Sequence record: SRR22947727_429
Strand: one strand, 5' to 3'
DNA length: 40,279 nucleotides
A program made the translations under genes and the position numbers. Every line of letters starts with the position of its first letter. The first letter of the stretch is position 1. Under the pieces are notes generated by a model. It did no database searches. It saw only the letters and a list, made by a program, of their open reading frames with translations, and was not told where the DNA came from. Shown piece by piece: positions 8,721 to 18,228 of this stretch.

Positions 8721-10502
8721 TTGAAAGGAAGAGCTTGCATTGTTATCCGCATTTTATCGATTTTATTTCTGATTACTTTTTCAACTGGCGCAGTTGCCGA
8801 GGCAGTAAATGAAAAATTCGAAACTCAAGCACTTCTTAACGCGCTTGGCTATAAGGTTGGAAAAGTAGACGGAATTTTAGGGAAAAAATCACAGGCCGCG
8901 CTGTCAAAATTCTACGAAGATCACGGTATCAATGCCCTCAAAGGTGTGAATAATTTTCCCATAAACACTTTGCGTGAAAAATATTTTAATATTTATTCTG
9001 ATACCGTCGATATTGGTTGGAACGGAAATTTTATCGTTCCCACAGACGTTTTACAAAAATTTTCACAAATCGAAAAAGTTAATCTCAGAAAAATTTGTGG
9101 TGGTGATCCTAAATGGGCAAAGCAAAGGCTATCAAAAACTTTAAGCTCTGCCGTGCCTATGAAGATTGCAGGCGTTGTTTTATTGGGCGTCTAACAACGC
9201 TTTCCTTGACACCGTGCAATGCACATCAAACGGCAGATTAAATTACAAAAAGTGTACTGAATGGACAGAACCGAGTGGTCAGGATCTATCACTGATTAAG
9301 GATCATTCCACGGTTCAGATGCATATTATGCATCTCGCTTACGGTTACAATATGGCCCTTAAATTCTATAAACGTGATGATAATAGGCATTCAGTTATTC
9401 AGGCATGGTTTGAAAAGTTTTTTGCGAGAAATAAAGCGCCTGCCGATGTGTATTTTGGATTGGACCACGGGTGGTATTGGCCGAAAATTTTAAAAACTCA
9501 ACTTGAAGGTAAGTCGAGTGTGAAGATGATCGATAAGCTGCTTCTGCAATTGGATGAAGATATTTTAGAAGATGGGTCGATACGAAATAGGACAACGCGA
9601 GGCAATAGAGCGTTATGGTATCATCATGACGGTATGATAGAGATTATGATCACTCTTGAATTGGTACGCCGGCATGGATTTGAGATTCCGAAAAAATTCG
9701 ACCTTAAAGTTGAAAAAGCAGGCGAGCTTTTTATAAAAGCGTTTCAAGATCATTCGTACTTAAATAAATGGGCAAAAATTGCACATAATTCAGTTTACAC
9801 GTCAGATAAGCAAGAATTTAGCGATCACCTTAGTTTTCCGAATGGCAACGCTTGGCTCTACATCTACGCGTACGGCTATCCAGAGAGCTATGTTACAACT
9901 GAATTATTAGATCTTTTGAAGAGCGAAGTTAAAAAAGCACCCGCGGCAGTTGACGGTATGGTCGGCTTTGGGCTGGGCTATATTTATGCTTCACTTTCTG
10001 ATTTTCCAAATAAAAGTGACCTGCAAGACATAGAAAAAGATCCTTTAAGCTTTGAAATGGCAGAATTTCGCGTTTTGCCCAGAGAAGAAAACTATCAAGG
10101 GTTTCAGGTTAGGTGAAAAATTTAAATCTTGGAAATCAGACAATCGAGGGTCTACGTTTTGAGATAATGCTCGATTTTAAGACTGGCAATTTTGAATCAG
10201 CGATGCCTGAGCTTTTAAGAATACAAGTCTCAGCTAATAAGGTTTTATTAGATCCGGCTTCAAACGATGTAGATAAATGCAATAAAATCACGTTCAAAAA
10301 ATCGAACGGTAAAATAGAAAAGCTTCGCCTAGTTGTTGGGGATGGCGCGCGACATAACAAATGCATATTTAGCTCTATGCTGCCTAAGCAGCGTCTTGTT
10401 GTGGAAAGTTTGATTTCAGTTTTACCGGAGCTGATTGACAAGGGGTTTGATCTCAACGAAAAACAAAAAATTTTTCTTCAAGCTACTTTAGAAAATGCCT
10501 AA
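8721..10502 (+). pseudogene. Frameshifted secreted protein: peptidoglycan-binding domain + alginate-lyase-like domain + unknown C-terminal domain (ORFs 8721-9194, 9166-10116, 10113-10502)
   Basis: Signal-like N-terminus and PG_binding_1 motif TQALLNALGYKVGKVDGILGKKSQAAL. The second piece has DGSIRNRTTRGNRALWYHH, resembling the AlgL/PL5 motif DG.L..E..R..RAL.YH. The pieces overlap with non-ATG starts and the region is visibly AT-rich. Confidence 0.6.
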
Positions 10503-10550
10503 ACTTAAATCTTTGAATGATAATAGTTATTAGGCTTTAAAGCTTACCCC

Positions 10551-10614
10551 CGTCACGCCTATCATATCTGTCATGTTTAGATGTGAAATATGAAAGATAT
10601 GACTCGTATGATAG
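10551..10614. repeat. Inverted 9-bp-period short repeat array (iteron-like, candidate replication origin)
   Basis: TCA cores at 10553, 10562 and 10571 (gTCAcg, aTCAta, gTCAtg) face TATGA units whose TGA cores lie at 10591, 10600 and 10609. The array sits immediately 3' of the AAA helicase stop. Confidence 0.55.
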
Positions 10615-11664
10615 CTACTGCGCCATGAGCCTACCTTCTTTTTTGACGACCAAACCGACCTCAATGAGCCGATCTATTGCTTTTGCGACTTGGCCCTGAT
10701 CCTTGCCGGTCGTGTCCACGATGTGCTTTTGCATGCAGCGCGGGCTTTCCCTGATCAGTTCAAGCACGAGTTTCTGCGTTGCGCCGAGCTGCGCCTCACG
10801 AACGTCATCGCCCATATCAAAGCCATGACCACTCCAGTTTACATACTTTTCGCACTGTTCGACGTCTTTGCCGGTCACATACAGCTTGCAGTCTTTGGTG
10901 CCAGTCTGTTGCTCCATAACAAGGATCGTTTCTGCTGTGCCGGTTATTCCAATGCTGCCGATAACCTGCTCAAGCGGCGCGCTGGACACGTCTGACGTCT
11001 TTTTGCAGTGATGCACAACGACAATCGCTATTTCGAGCTTGTGCGCAAGTTTGCGCAGGCCGTCATATTCTTCGACGGTCTGGTCGTAATTTTTATTATT
11101 AGCGTTGAGCATCATAATGCTTTGCACCGTATCGATGACTATGCACTGGGCCTTCGTTCCCTTGGCGACCAGTTCAATGTGGGAAAGAGCCGCTGCACCG
11201 CGTGGTAGCTTTTCTCCTGTCGACATGACGGCATGGTAAGTGAGGTGCTGAACGTAACCGCTGAATACGGCTTGAACATGATCTTTCAGGCGCCGCGCAT
11301 TATCTTCGGCAGCGAGGTAATGAACGGGAATGCCATCAGCGTCTATATGCTTTGCCAAGTTCAATACAAACCAAGATTTACCAACCTTGGGCAGCGCTGC
11401 CAAAAGCGTAAGGCCTACAGCTGGTATCAGGCCATCATAGAGAAAGCGCAGAGGCTCAAAATGCATATCGAACAGCGCGCTCGCCGGTTTGATGCCAAAC
11501 TTTTCCAAATAAGCTTGTTCCGGCGGCTTTTTATTGGCTAGGTCCACCTCGGCAAGCGAGATGAACGTTTCAATCGTATTGCCCTCAATCTCTCGCCAGT
11601 CGGAGAAGCCGCCTTTGTGGGCAGGGCAATTTTTACCGCTGTCTGATGCAAAAATACTCTCCAT
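10615..11664 (-). CDS. RepA/RecA-like AAA ATPase (AAA_25-type helicase) with C-terminal HTH; phage, plasmid or satellite origin
   Basis: Walker A AALPKVGKS, YLAAED, Walker B IVIDT, VVHHCKK, IGSIGITG, and a C-terminal winged-HTH-like QKHIVDTTGKDQGQVAKAIDRLIEVGLV. Confidence 0.8.
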   Translation of the reverse strand: MESIFASDSGKNCPAHKGGFSDWREIEGNTIETFISLAEVDLANKKPPEQAYLEKFGIKPASALFDMHFEPLRFLYDGLIPAVGLTLLAALPKVGKSWFVLNLAKHIDADGIPVHYLAAEDNARRLKDHVQAVFSGYVQHLTYHAVMSTGEKLPRGAAALSHIELVAKGTKAQCIVIDTVQSIMMLNANNKNYDQTVEEYDGLRKLAHKLEIAIVVVHHCKKTSDVSSAPLEQVIGSIGITGTAETILVMEQQTGTKDCKLYVTGKDVEQCEKYVNWSGHGFDMGDDVREAQLGATQKLVLELIRESPRCMQKHIVDTTGKDQGQVAKAIDRLIEVGLVVKKEGRLMAQ

Positions 11665-11965
11665 TTTGTTATATCAAGCCTAGCCCTAGGTTGCTGGGCC
11701 ATTTTGCGCAGGCCCATGGACCCAGAGCCAAGCATCAGGGGCTGTGGACATAAAACCACGCAGCTTGGTCCTGCCCAACGTGTAACCTAAATGGGGCAAT
11801 TGATAGTGATTTGGTAGTTTGTGGTCTTTGTTATCTTACTACACCTTGGAGTTGCCAAGTTGGCCGGACAATCCAGATGATGCGGTTCTTCAGATTTACT
11901 CTGAACAGCTTAAGTGAAAAACCAGCGCACGGCACCGCTGGCACTCTGATCGCAAATAAATTTTT

Positions 11966-13294
11966 CTAGGCAGAGGCTGCGATCTTCAAAACCGCGCTTT
12001 CGACCAGATCTGCCAGTTCGGTGATATTGCTATCTTCCATAATAAAGGGGGGGGCAAGCAGGAGGTGATCGCCAAATTCTCCGTCTCTGGTGCCGCGCAT
12101 TGGATAACAAATTAGGCCATTTTGAAACGCATCTGCCTTCAGCTGCGCCGCGATATTGCGTTTCGGATGAAAGGGCTTTTTCAGGCCTTTATCTTCCACG
12201 ATTTCAAGACCAATAAACAAGCCGCGGCCTCTGATATCGCCAATAAAAGGATGCTGCGCGAAACGCGCGCGTAAGTCTGAAAATAAAAGCTCAGAGCTTC
12301 GTTGCACATTGACCAGTAGGTGGCGGTCTAAAATCGCGTTCAGCACGGCCAAGCCAGCCGCGCAGGCCATAGGATGCGCGTTATAAGTATGCCCATGTTG
12401 AAACAATTTTGAACCCTGTTCCAGAACCGCATAGATGTTCTTGTGGCACAACATTGCTCCGATTGGCTGATAACCGGCCCCAAGGCCCTTCGCTATGCAT
12501 AATATATCTGGGGTAACCCCATCTGCTTCGCAAGCAAACAGGTGGCCCGTGCGCCCCATTCCACACATTACCTCGTCAAAAATCAGCAAAACACCATAGC
12601 GATCGCAGATTTCGCGTATAAGTTTGAAATACCCTTCAACGGCTGGTACAGCGCCCATGGTTGCCCCCACAACCGGTTCGGCTATGAAGGCCATCACTGT
12701 GTCAGGGCCTAGGCGCAAGATCTCATCTTCCAATTCTTGTGCGGTGCGCTGGGCATATTGTATAGGCGTTTCAGACGGCCGCTTTTCAGCATATTCATAA
12801 CAGGGTGCAATATGTGAGGCCGGCGCTAAGATTGGTTCGAATTGCGCGCGCCGCCATTGATTGCCCCCAGCGGCCAATGCACCCAACGTATTGCCGTGAT
12901 AACTTTGTCGTCTGGCTATTAAGTGGCGCCGCTGCGGCTGCCCATGTTCAACATGAAATTGCCGCGCCAGTTTGATCGCGGCTTCCACTGCCTCAGAGCC
13001 GCCCGAGACGAAATAGACTTTCTCAAGGCCAGCGGGAGCATGCGTGCTGAGCAGGCTGGCAAGTTGTTCTGCGGTTGCACTGGTGAAAAACCCCGTATGC
13101 GCGAAGGCCAATGTTTCTGCTTGTGTTTTCAGCGCGACAATAATTTCAGGATCGCCATGCCCAAGGCAGGATACCGCCGCGCCGCCAGATCCATCAAAAT
13201 ATTTTTTTCCGTGTGCATCATATAAATAACAGCCCTGCCCAGCAACAGCAATGGGAGGCGGACTGGCGATGTTTCGCGGAAAGACATTACTCAT
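11966..13294 (-). CDS. Class III PLP-dependent aminotransferase
   Basis: DGSGGAAVSCLGH, SGGSEA, SYHGNT, FIAEPVVG, DEVMCGMGRTG, PLP lysine IAKGLG. The likely start is MSNVF at 13294 after GGAG. Confidence 0.93.
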   Translation of the reverse strand: MSNVFPRNIASPPPIAVAGQGCYLYDAHGKKYFDGSGGAAVSCLGHGDPEIIVALKTQAETLAFAHTGFFTSATAEQLASLLSTHAPAGLEKVYFVSGGSEAVEAAIKLARQFHVEHGQPQRRHLIARRQSYHGNTLGALAAGGNQWRRAQFEPILAPASHIAPCYEYAEKRPSETPIQYAQRTAQELEDEILRLGPDTVMAFIAEPVVGATMGAVPAVEGYFKLIREICDRYGVLLIFDEVMCGMGRTGHLFACEADGVTPDILCIAKGLGAGYQPIGAMLCHKNIYAVLEQGSKLFQHGHTYNAHPMACAAGLAVLNAILDRHLLVNVQRSSELLFSDLRARFAQHPFIGDIRGRGLFIGLEIVEDKGLKKPFHPKRNIAAQLKADAFQNGLICYPMRGTRDGEFGDHLLLAPPFIMEDSNITELADLVESAVLKIAASA

Positions 13295-13700
13295 ATCGGC
13301 TCCAAGCGCACAGATGGGGTGAGATAAGCGTGTCATGCGACGCTCTTTCTCGAACAGATGCAAATTAATTGGAGCCAGAAAAGGCTAGAATAACATAAGA
13401 GGTCAAGACTTATATAAAATACCAAAAGTTATTTATTAAAGGGGGTGACGAATTTGTTTTGTATCCATCAATTTGTTTGCTCTTAGATATACAGGATAGG
13501 CAGATAATTCATCGCATCGCTCCGCGCTTTGAGGCGTAATTTTTTCGTAGCGGGCGCGTCCGAGCCGGTTGAGGGTCACCTATAGACCATTCTCATTTTC
13601 TTATGTTGTGAATAAGATCTCAAAGGTCCACCGCCAAGCGATAGATTGCCGAGCACCTCGCATGTCGGCGAATTGGGTAGTGCGTTGGCAGTTGGAATTA

Positions 13701-13863
13701 TCTTAAGGCATCAAGGTACTGCGCGGCGTTGGCGATTGTCTGATGCTGGTAGAGCCGCTCGGAGGCTGATGTTAAAGCTGGCGTCTGTTATCGCGCTTAC
13801 CAACCAAATAGCGATTTGAGTATTGCCGCTGACTGTGAAGAGATCGTCTTCAATCGCCAAATC
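13701..13863 (-). pseudogene. Degenerate acyl/peptidyl carrier (phosphopantetheine-binding) domain remnant
   Basis: With one frameshift, the minus strand reads DLAIEDDLFTVSGNTQIAIWLVSAITDASFNISL/ERLYQHQTIANAAQYLDALR, matching the DDFF.LGG.SL.A..L...I......L..LF..PTIA.LA..L pattern. Confidence 0.45.
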
Positions 13864-14241
13864 CCGTTAAAGCGTTTTACCGCAAATATCTAGCCGCCGG
13901 TGGATTGTGTTGCATGCCGACGGCATATTTGGCGCAGTAGGAACAGAGAGCCAGTTGATATCAGAGGGTGATCGGGGTTGAGCTTTTCAGATCCAACATA
14001 AGCGGTTTTTATGTTTTAGCTTATCCAGCCATGTATATCATCATTCGAATATTATCACGGGCCTCGCTCGGGGCGATGCTCGGATTAGCAATCAGATGGG
14101 CACTGCTAAATCCGTCGACCTTACGCGAAATCATGGCGCCGCGTTCATTTTAGGGTGCGCAAAATAATCAAGCTATAAAATCGAGGTGGTAACCTTAAGG
14201 CCACCTTCTTTTAAGCGTTTGTTTGCAAGGGTAAAATTTAA

Positions 14242-14261
14242 ATTGGAGCGGACAATGAGAT
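14242..14261 (-). repeat. Degenerate duplicate of the tRNA-Gly 3' end (att-like scar)
   Basis: ATTGGAGCGGACAATGAGAT matches ATTGGAGCGGGCGATGAGAT (14373-14392) at 18/20 positions. Confidence 0.7.
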
Positions 14262-14262
14262 C

Positions 14263-14292
14263 GGCCCTCTGTGAAATCAGGGGGCCTTTTTC
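14263..14292. terminator. Hairpin with T-tract downstream of tRNA-Gly
   Basis: GGCCCTCTG-TGAAAT-CAGGGGGCC-TTTTTT. Confidence 0.5.
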
Positions 14293-14374
14293 GGTTAAGA
14301 ATGCATAATAACCGAGGTGCAGAACTGTGCGCCAATACACTCTAAGTCATTAATTTTATTGATTTAAAGAAGAT

Positions 14375-14449
14375 TGGAGCGGGCGATGAGATTCGAACTC
14401 ACGACATTTACCTTGGCAAGGTAACGCTCTACCCCTGAGCTACGCCCGC
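14375..14449 (-). tRNA. tRNA-Gly (GCC)
   Basis: Reverse complement GCGGGCGTAGCTCAGGGGTAGAGCGTTACCTTGCCAAGGTAAATGTCGTGAGTTCGAATCTCATCGCCCGCTCCA: cloverleaf, anticodon GCC, TTCGAA T-loop, encoded CCA. Confidence 0.98.
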
Positions 14450-14466
14450 ATCCTGTGGGTAGGCGC

Positions 14467-14495
14467 GTGATATAAACAACTTGATCCGCCCGCAA
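14467..14495 (-). promoter_or_regulatory. Sigma70-type promoter for tRNA-Gly
   Basis: Minus strand TTGCGG-17 bp-TATCAC followed by the GC-rich discriminator GCGCC, about 17 nt upstream of the tRNA. Confidence 0.55.
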
Positions 14496-14606
14496 GGGGT
14501 AAAATGCACTCTGTCGTGATTTTTTCTCCCAGATACGGGGCAAGCCGAGATGTCCGACCGCCCACTTGTAAACTGGATGTTTTGGCGTGCGGCCAGGGCC
14601 ACGGGT

Positions 14607-17600
14607 CTAAGACGCCTCATCCGGTTGAAATTCTATCAGTAAATCCTTGGCATCGATTTGCCCGCCAGCCTGCACATGTACTGCGCTAATCACGGCGTCA
14701 CGTTCGGCATGTATGCCTGTTTCCATTTTCATCGCTTCCAAAGTCAAAAGCAGATCACCGGTTTTGACGTGTTGCCCTGTGCTGACCGCGAGCGAAGCTA
14801 CGACGCCCGGCATTGGGGCTCCAATATGGTTTGCGTTGCCTTGCTCTGCTTTTGGACGAGACATCGCTTGTGATGTGATCAAGCGATTGGGAACGCGGAT
14901 CACACGCGGCTGGCCATTCAGTTCAAAGAAAACCTTTACTTCGCCTTTTTCATCGGTTTCTCCGATGGCTTGTAATCGAATTTCTAGAATTTTTCCGGGA
15001 TCAATTTCCGCTGTTATTTCTTCGCCAGGTTGCATGCCATAGAAGAATGTGTTGGTGGGCAAAGCGCGCACGGGGCCGTAGGTTTTATGGCGCGCCATAT
15101 AATCAAGGAACACTTTTGGGTACATCAAATACCCATTTAAATCTTCGTTATCAACCTCGCGCCCATCCAGCGCCGCGCTCAGTGCAAGGCGTTCTGCGAC
15201 CAGATCCACGGGAGGCAAAACGGCCCCGGGGCGCGTGGTCATCGGGGCCTCGCCTTTTAACACTTTGTTAACAAGCGCTTCGGGAAAACCACCCGGAGGC
15301 TGGCCTAAATTGCCGCGTAGCATGTCGACAACGCTGTCTGGAAAGGCCAGATCAAGATTGGGATCTTCCACATTACTACGGGTTAAGCCTTGGCTTACCA
15401 TCATCAAGGCCATATCGCCCACGACTTTAGATGACGGGGTGACTTTAACAATATCTCCGAACATTTGGTTAACATCGGCATATGTGTTGGCCACGGCGGG
15501 CCATTTTTCTTCAAGCCCGAGCGAGCGTGCCTGGGCTTTCAAATTGGTAAATTGCCCTCCGGGCATTTCATGCAGATATACCTCGGATGCAGGCGCTGCC
15601 AGCCCACTTTCAAACGCTGTATATTGGGCACGCACATGGTCCCAATAATCACTTAACGAGCGGATCGCATCGATATCTAAATGAGTGTCCCGTTCGGTAT
15701 GGCGCAGTGCTTCGACAATTGATCCAAGGCAGGGTTGCGATGTGCCCCCAGAAAACGCATCCATCGCCGCGTCAACCGCGTCAACACCGGCCTCTGCCGC
15801 AGCTAATAAAGTGGCGCCTGCCAAACCTGATGTATCATGCGTGTGGAAATGAATGGGCAAACCAACTTCGGTTTTTAAAGCGGTGATCAGCTGGCGTGCA
15901 GCTGCCGGTTTGAGCAATCCGGCCATATCTTTCAGGCCCAGTATATGAGCGCCCGCATCGCGCAGCTCTTTGCCCATGGCAACGTAATACTTTATGTCAT
16001 ATTTTGCTCTGTCCGGATTCAAAATATCACCCGTGTAACAAATGCTTGCTTCGCATATTTTTCCAGAGTCTATCACGCCATCCATCGCAACGCGCATATT
16101 TTCAACCCAGTTCAGACTGTCAAAAATACGAAAAACATCAATTCCATTGGCAGCTTCCGTGATGAAGCTTTGCACCACATTATCGGGATAATTCGTATAG
16201 CCCACACCGTTGCTGGCCCGCAGCAACATTTGGGTCATCAGGTTTGGCATCGCGGCCCGGAGGTCGCGCAACCTTTGCCAAGGGCATTCTTGTAAAAACC
16301 GATAGGCGACATCGAATGTGGCGCCCCCCCAGCATTCGACGCTCAACAAATTAGGCAGCGTGCTGGCATAGGCCGGGGCGGCTTTGATCATATCGATCGA
16401 ACGCATTCTGGTCGCCAGAAGCGATTGATGCCCATCGCGCATCGTTGTGTCAGTTAGCAGCAAAGCTTTTTGATCCAACATCCAATCTGCAACGGCTTTT
16501 GGACCTTTTTCTTCCAGCAGGTTGCGGGTACCGCGCTGCGCAATACCCTCAGTTTTAGGAGGCTTTGGCGGCTTTATGTCGGCTGTAGGGCGCGGTCTGT
16601 CGGTTGTTTCGGGATGCCCGTTGACGCTGATATCGGCGATGTAAGTGAGCACGCGCGTGCCTCTGTCACGACGGCTTTTAAAATCGAACAGGTCTGTCGT
16701 GTCATCGATAAATTTTGTGGTATATTCATTGCTCAAAAATATTGGGTGTTTGAGCAGGTTTTCGACAAAGGCAATATTTGTGCTGACACCACGAATTCTA
16801 AATTCGCGCAGCGCTCTATCCATACGCGCAATCGCCTTTTGGGGCGTGGGTGCCCAGGCTGTGACTTTCACCAAAAGCGAGTCATAATAGCGCGTGATGA
16901 CGCCGCCCGCATAGGCGGTGCCGCCGTCAAGGCGAATGCCCATGCCGGTGGCGCTGCGAAAGGCGGTTAAACGCCCATAATCGGGAATAAAGTTATTTTG
17001 CGGGTCTTCAGTGGTGATCCGCGTCTGAAGCGCGTGACCGTTCAATCTAATCTCAGTTTGCGATGGCTTTCCCGTCGCCTCGGCCAGCGTTTTGCCTTCG
17101 GCAATCAAAATTTGTGCTTGAACGATATCAATACCGGTGACCTCTTCGGTTACAGTATGCTCAACCTGTACCCGGGGGTTTACCTCGATAAAGTAAAACT
17201 TACCGCTGTCCATATCCATCAAAAATTCAACTGTACCTGCGCATTCATAATTCACATGCGCGCAAATGCGCCGCCCCAATTCGCAGAGCTCTGCGCGCTG
17301 GGCCTCGTTTAGATAGGGGGCCGGTGCCCGCTCAACGACTTTTTGGTTGCGTCGCTGGACAGAGCAATCACGCTCCCAGAGGTGATAGATCGCACCCTGC
17401 TTATCGCCCAGAATTTGCACCTCAACATGCCGGGCGCGTAGAATCATCTTCTCTAAATAGCCCTCACCATTGCCAAAGGCGGCTTCTGCTTCGCGGCGCC
17501 CCTCTAGCACTTTTTCTTCCAGCTCGCCTGGATGGGTGATGGGGCGCATGCCACGCCCGCCGCCGCCCCAAGAGGCTTTTAACATCAATGGATAGCCAAC

Positions 17601-18059
17601 ATCTTCAGCTTGCCGCGCGATATCGGCAACATCATCCCCAAGCACTTCGGTTGCGGGAATAACCGGGACACCAGCTTCAACCGCCACGCGGCGCGCCGAT
17701 GCTTTATCGCCAAGCGCGCGCATGGTTTCCGCGCGAGGGCCGATAAAAGCAATATCATTCTTCACGCAAGCATCAACGAAATCAGGATTTTCAGACAGCA
17801 ACCCGTATCCTGGATGGATGGCATCTGCGCCCGATGCCAGCGCAACCCGGATAATTTCATCAATTGATAGATAGGCGGCAACGGGACCTAAGCCTTCCCC
17901 AATGCGGTAAGCTTCATCGGCCTTAAAGCGGTGCAGGCCCAGTTTATCTTCCTCGGCAAACACGGCGACTGTTTTCTTTCCCATTTCATTCGCAGCGCGC
18001 ATGACGCGGATGGCAATTTCGCCGCGGTTTGCAATAAGAATTTTTTTGAAATCAGTCAT
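14607..18059 (-). CDS. pyc: Pyruvate carboxylase
   Basis: 1150 aa; biotin carboxylase ANRGEIAIR, carboxyltransferase RDGHQSL and WGGATFD, biotinyl motif EAMKME. Confidence 0.98.
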   Translation of the reverse strand: MTDFKKILIANRGEIAIRVMRAANEMGKKTVAVFAEEDKLGLHRFKADEAYRIGEGLGPVAAYLSIDEIIRVALASGADAIHPGYGLLSENPDFVDACVKNDIAFIGPRAETMRALGDKASARRVAVEAGVPVIPATEVLGDDVADIARQAEDVGYPLMLKASWGGGGRGMRPITHPGELEEKVLEGRREAEAAFGNGEGYLEKMILRARHVEVQILGDKQGAIYHLWERDCSVQRRNQKVVERAPAPYLNEAQRAELCELGRRICAHVNYECAGTVEFLMDMDSGKFYFIEVNPRVQVEHTVTEEVTGIDIVQAQILIAEGKTLAEATGKPSQTEIRLNGHALQTRITTEDPQNNFIPDYGRLTAFRSATGMGIRLDGGTAYAGGVITRYYDSLLVKVTAWAPTPQKAIARMDRALREFRIRGVSTNIAFVENLLKHPIFLSNEYTTKFIDDTTDLFDFKSRRDRGTRVLTYIADISVNGHPETTDRPRPTADIKPPKPPKTEGIAQRGTRNLLEEKGPKAVADWMLDQKALLLTDTTMRDGHQSLLATRMRSIDMIKAAPAYASTLPNLLSVECWGGATFDVAYRFLQECPWQRLRDLRAAMPNLMTQMLLRASNGVGYTNYPDNVVQSFITEAANGIDVFRIFDSLNWVENMRVAMDGVIDSGKICEASICYTGDILNPDRAKYDIKYYVAMGKELRDAGAHILGLKDMAGLLKPAAARQLITALKTEVGLPIHFHTHDTSGLAGATLLAAAEAGVDAVDAAMDAFSGGTSQPCLGSIVEALRHTERDTHLDIDAIRSLSDYWDHVRAQYTAFESGLAAPASEVYLHEMPGGQFTNLKAQARSLGLEEKWPAVANTYADVNQMFGDIVKVTPSSKVVGDMALMMVSQGLTRSNVEDPNLDLAFPDSVVDMLRGNLGQPPGGFPEALVNKVLKGEAPMTTRPGAVLPPVDLVAERLALSAALDGREVDNEDLNGYLMYPKVFLDYMARHKTYGPVRALPTNTFFYGMQPGEEITAEIDPGKILEIRLQAIGETDEKGEVKVFFELNGQPRVIRVPNRLITSQAMSRPKAEQGNANHIGAPMPGVVASLAVSTGQHVKTGDLLLTLEAMKMETGIHAERDAVISAVHVQAGGQIDAKDLLIEFQPDEAS

Positions 18060-18228
18060 TTGATCGTCCTTGGTTGAAGTCTACGCGTGAAAATCTGAAA
18101 CGATGGGGGTATCCTACGTCATGCTGCGCTGCAGAATTACTACTGTCGGCTTTCATTGTCAAAATTTATGTAAGGCGTGGTGTGTATCGGTGTTCCGCCG
18201 CCGTTTAAAGCATGCGCCGCGCCAAAGC

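Noticed and set aside
11735-11755. AGGGGCTGTGGACA resembling an IS5-family terminal repeat
   Set aside because: No partner inverted repeat or transposase found nearby.
14647-17867. Many plus-strand ORFs of 60-170 aa
   Set aside because: Antisense shadows of pyc with no independent motifs; the same applies to shadow ORFs over the other long genes.
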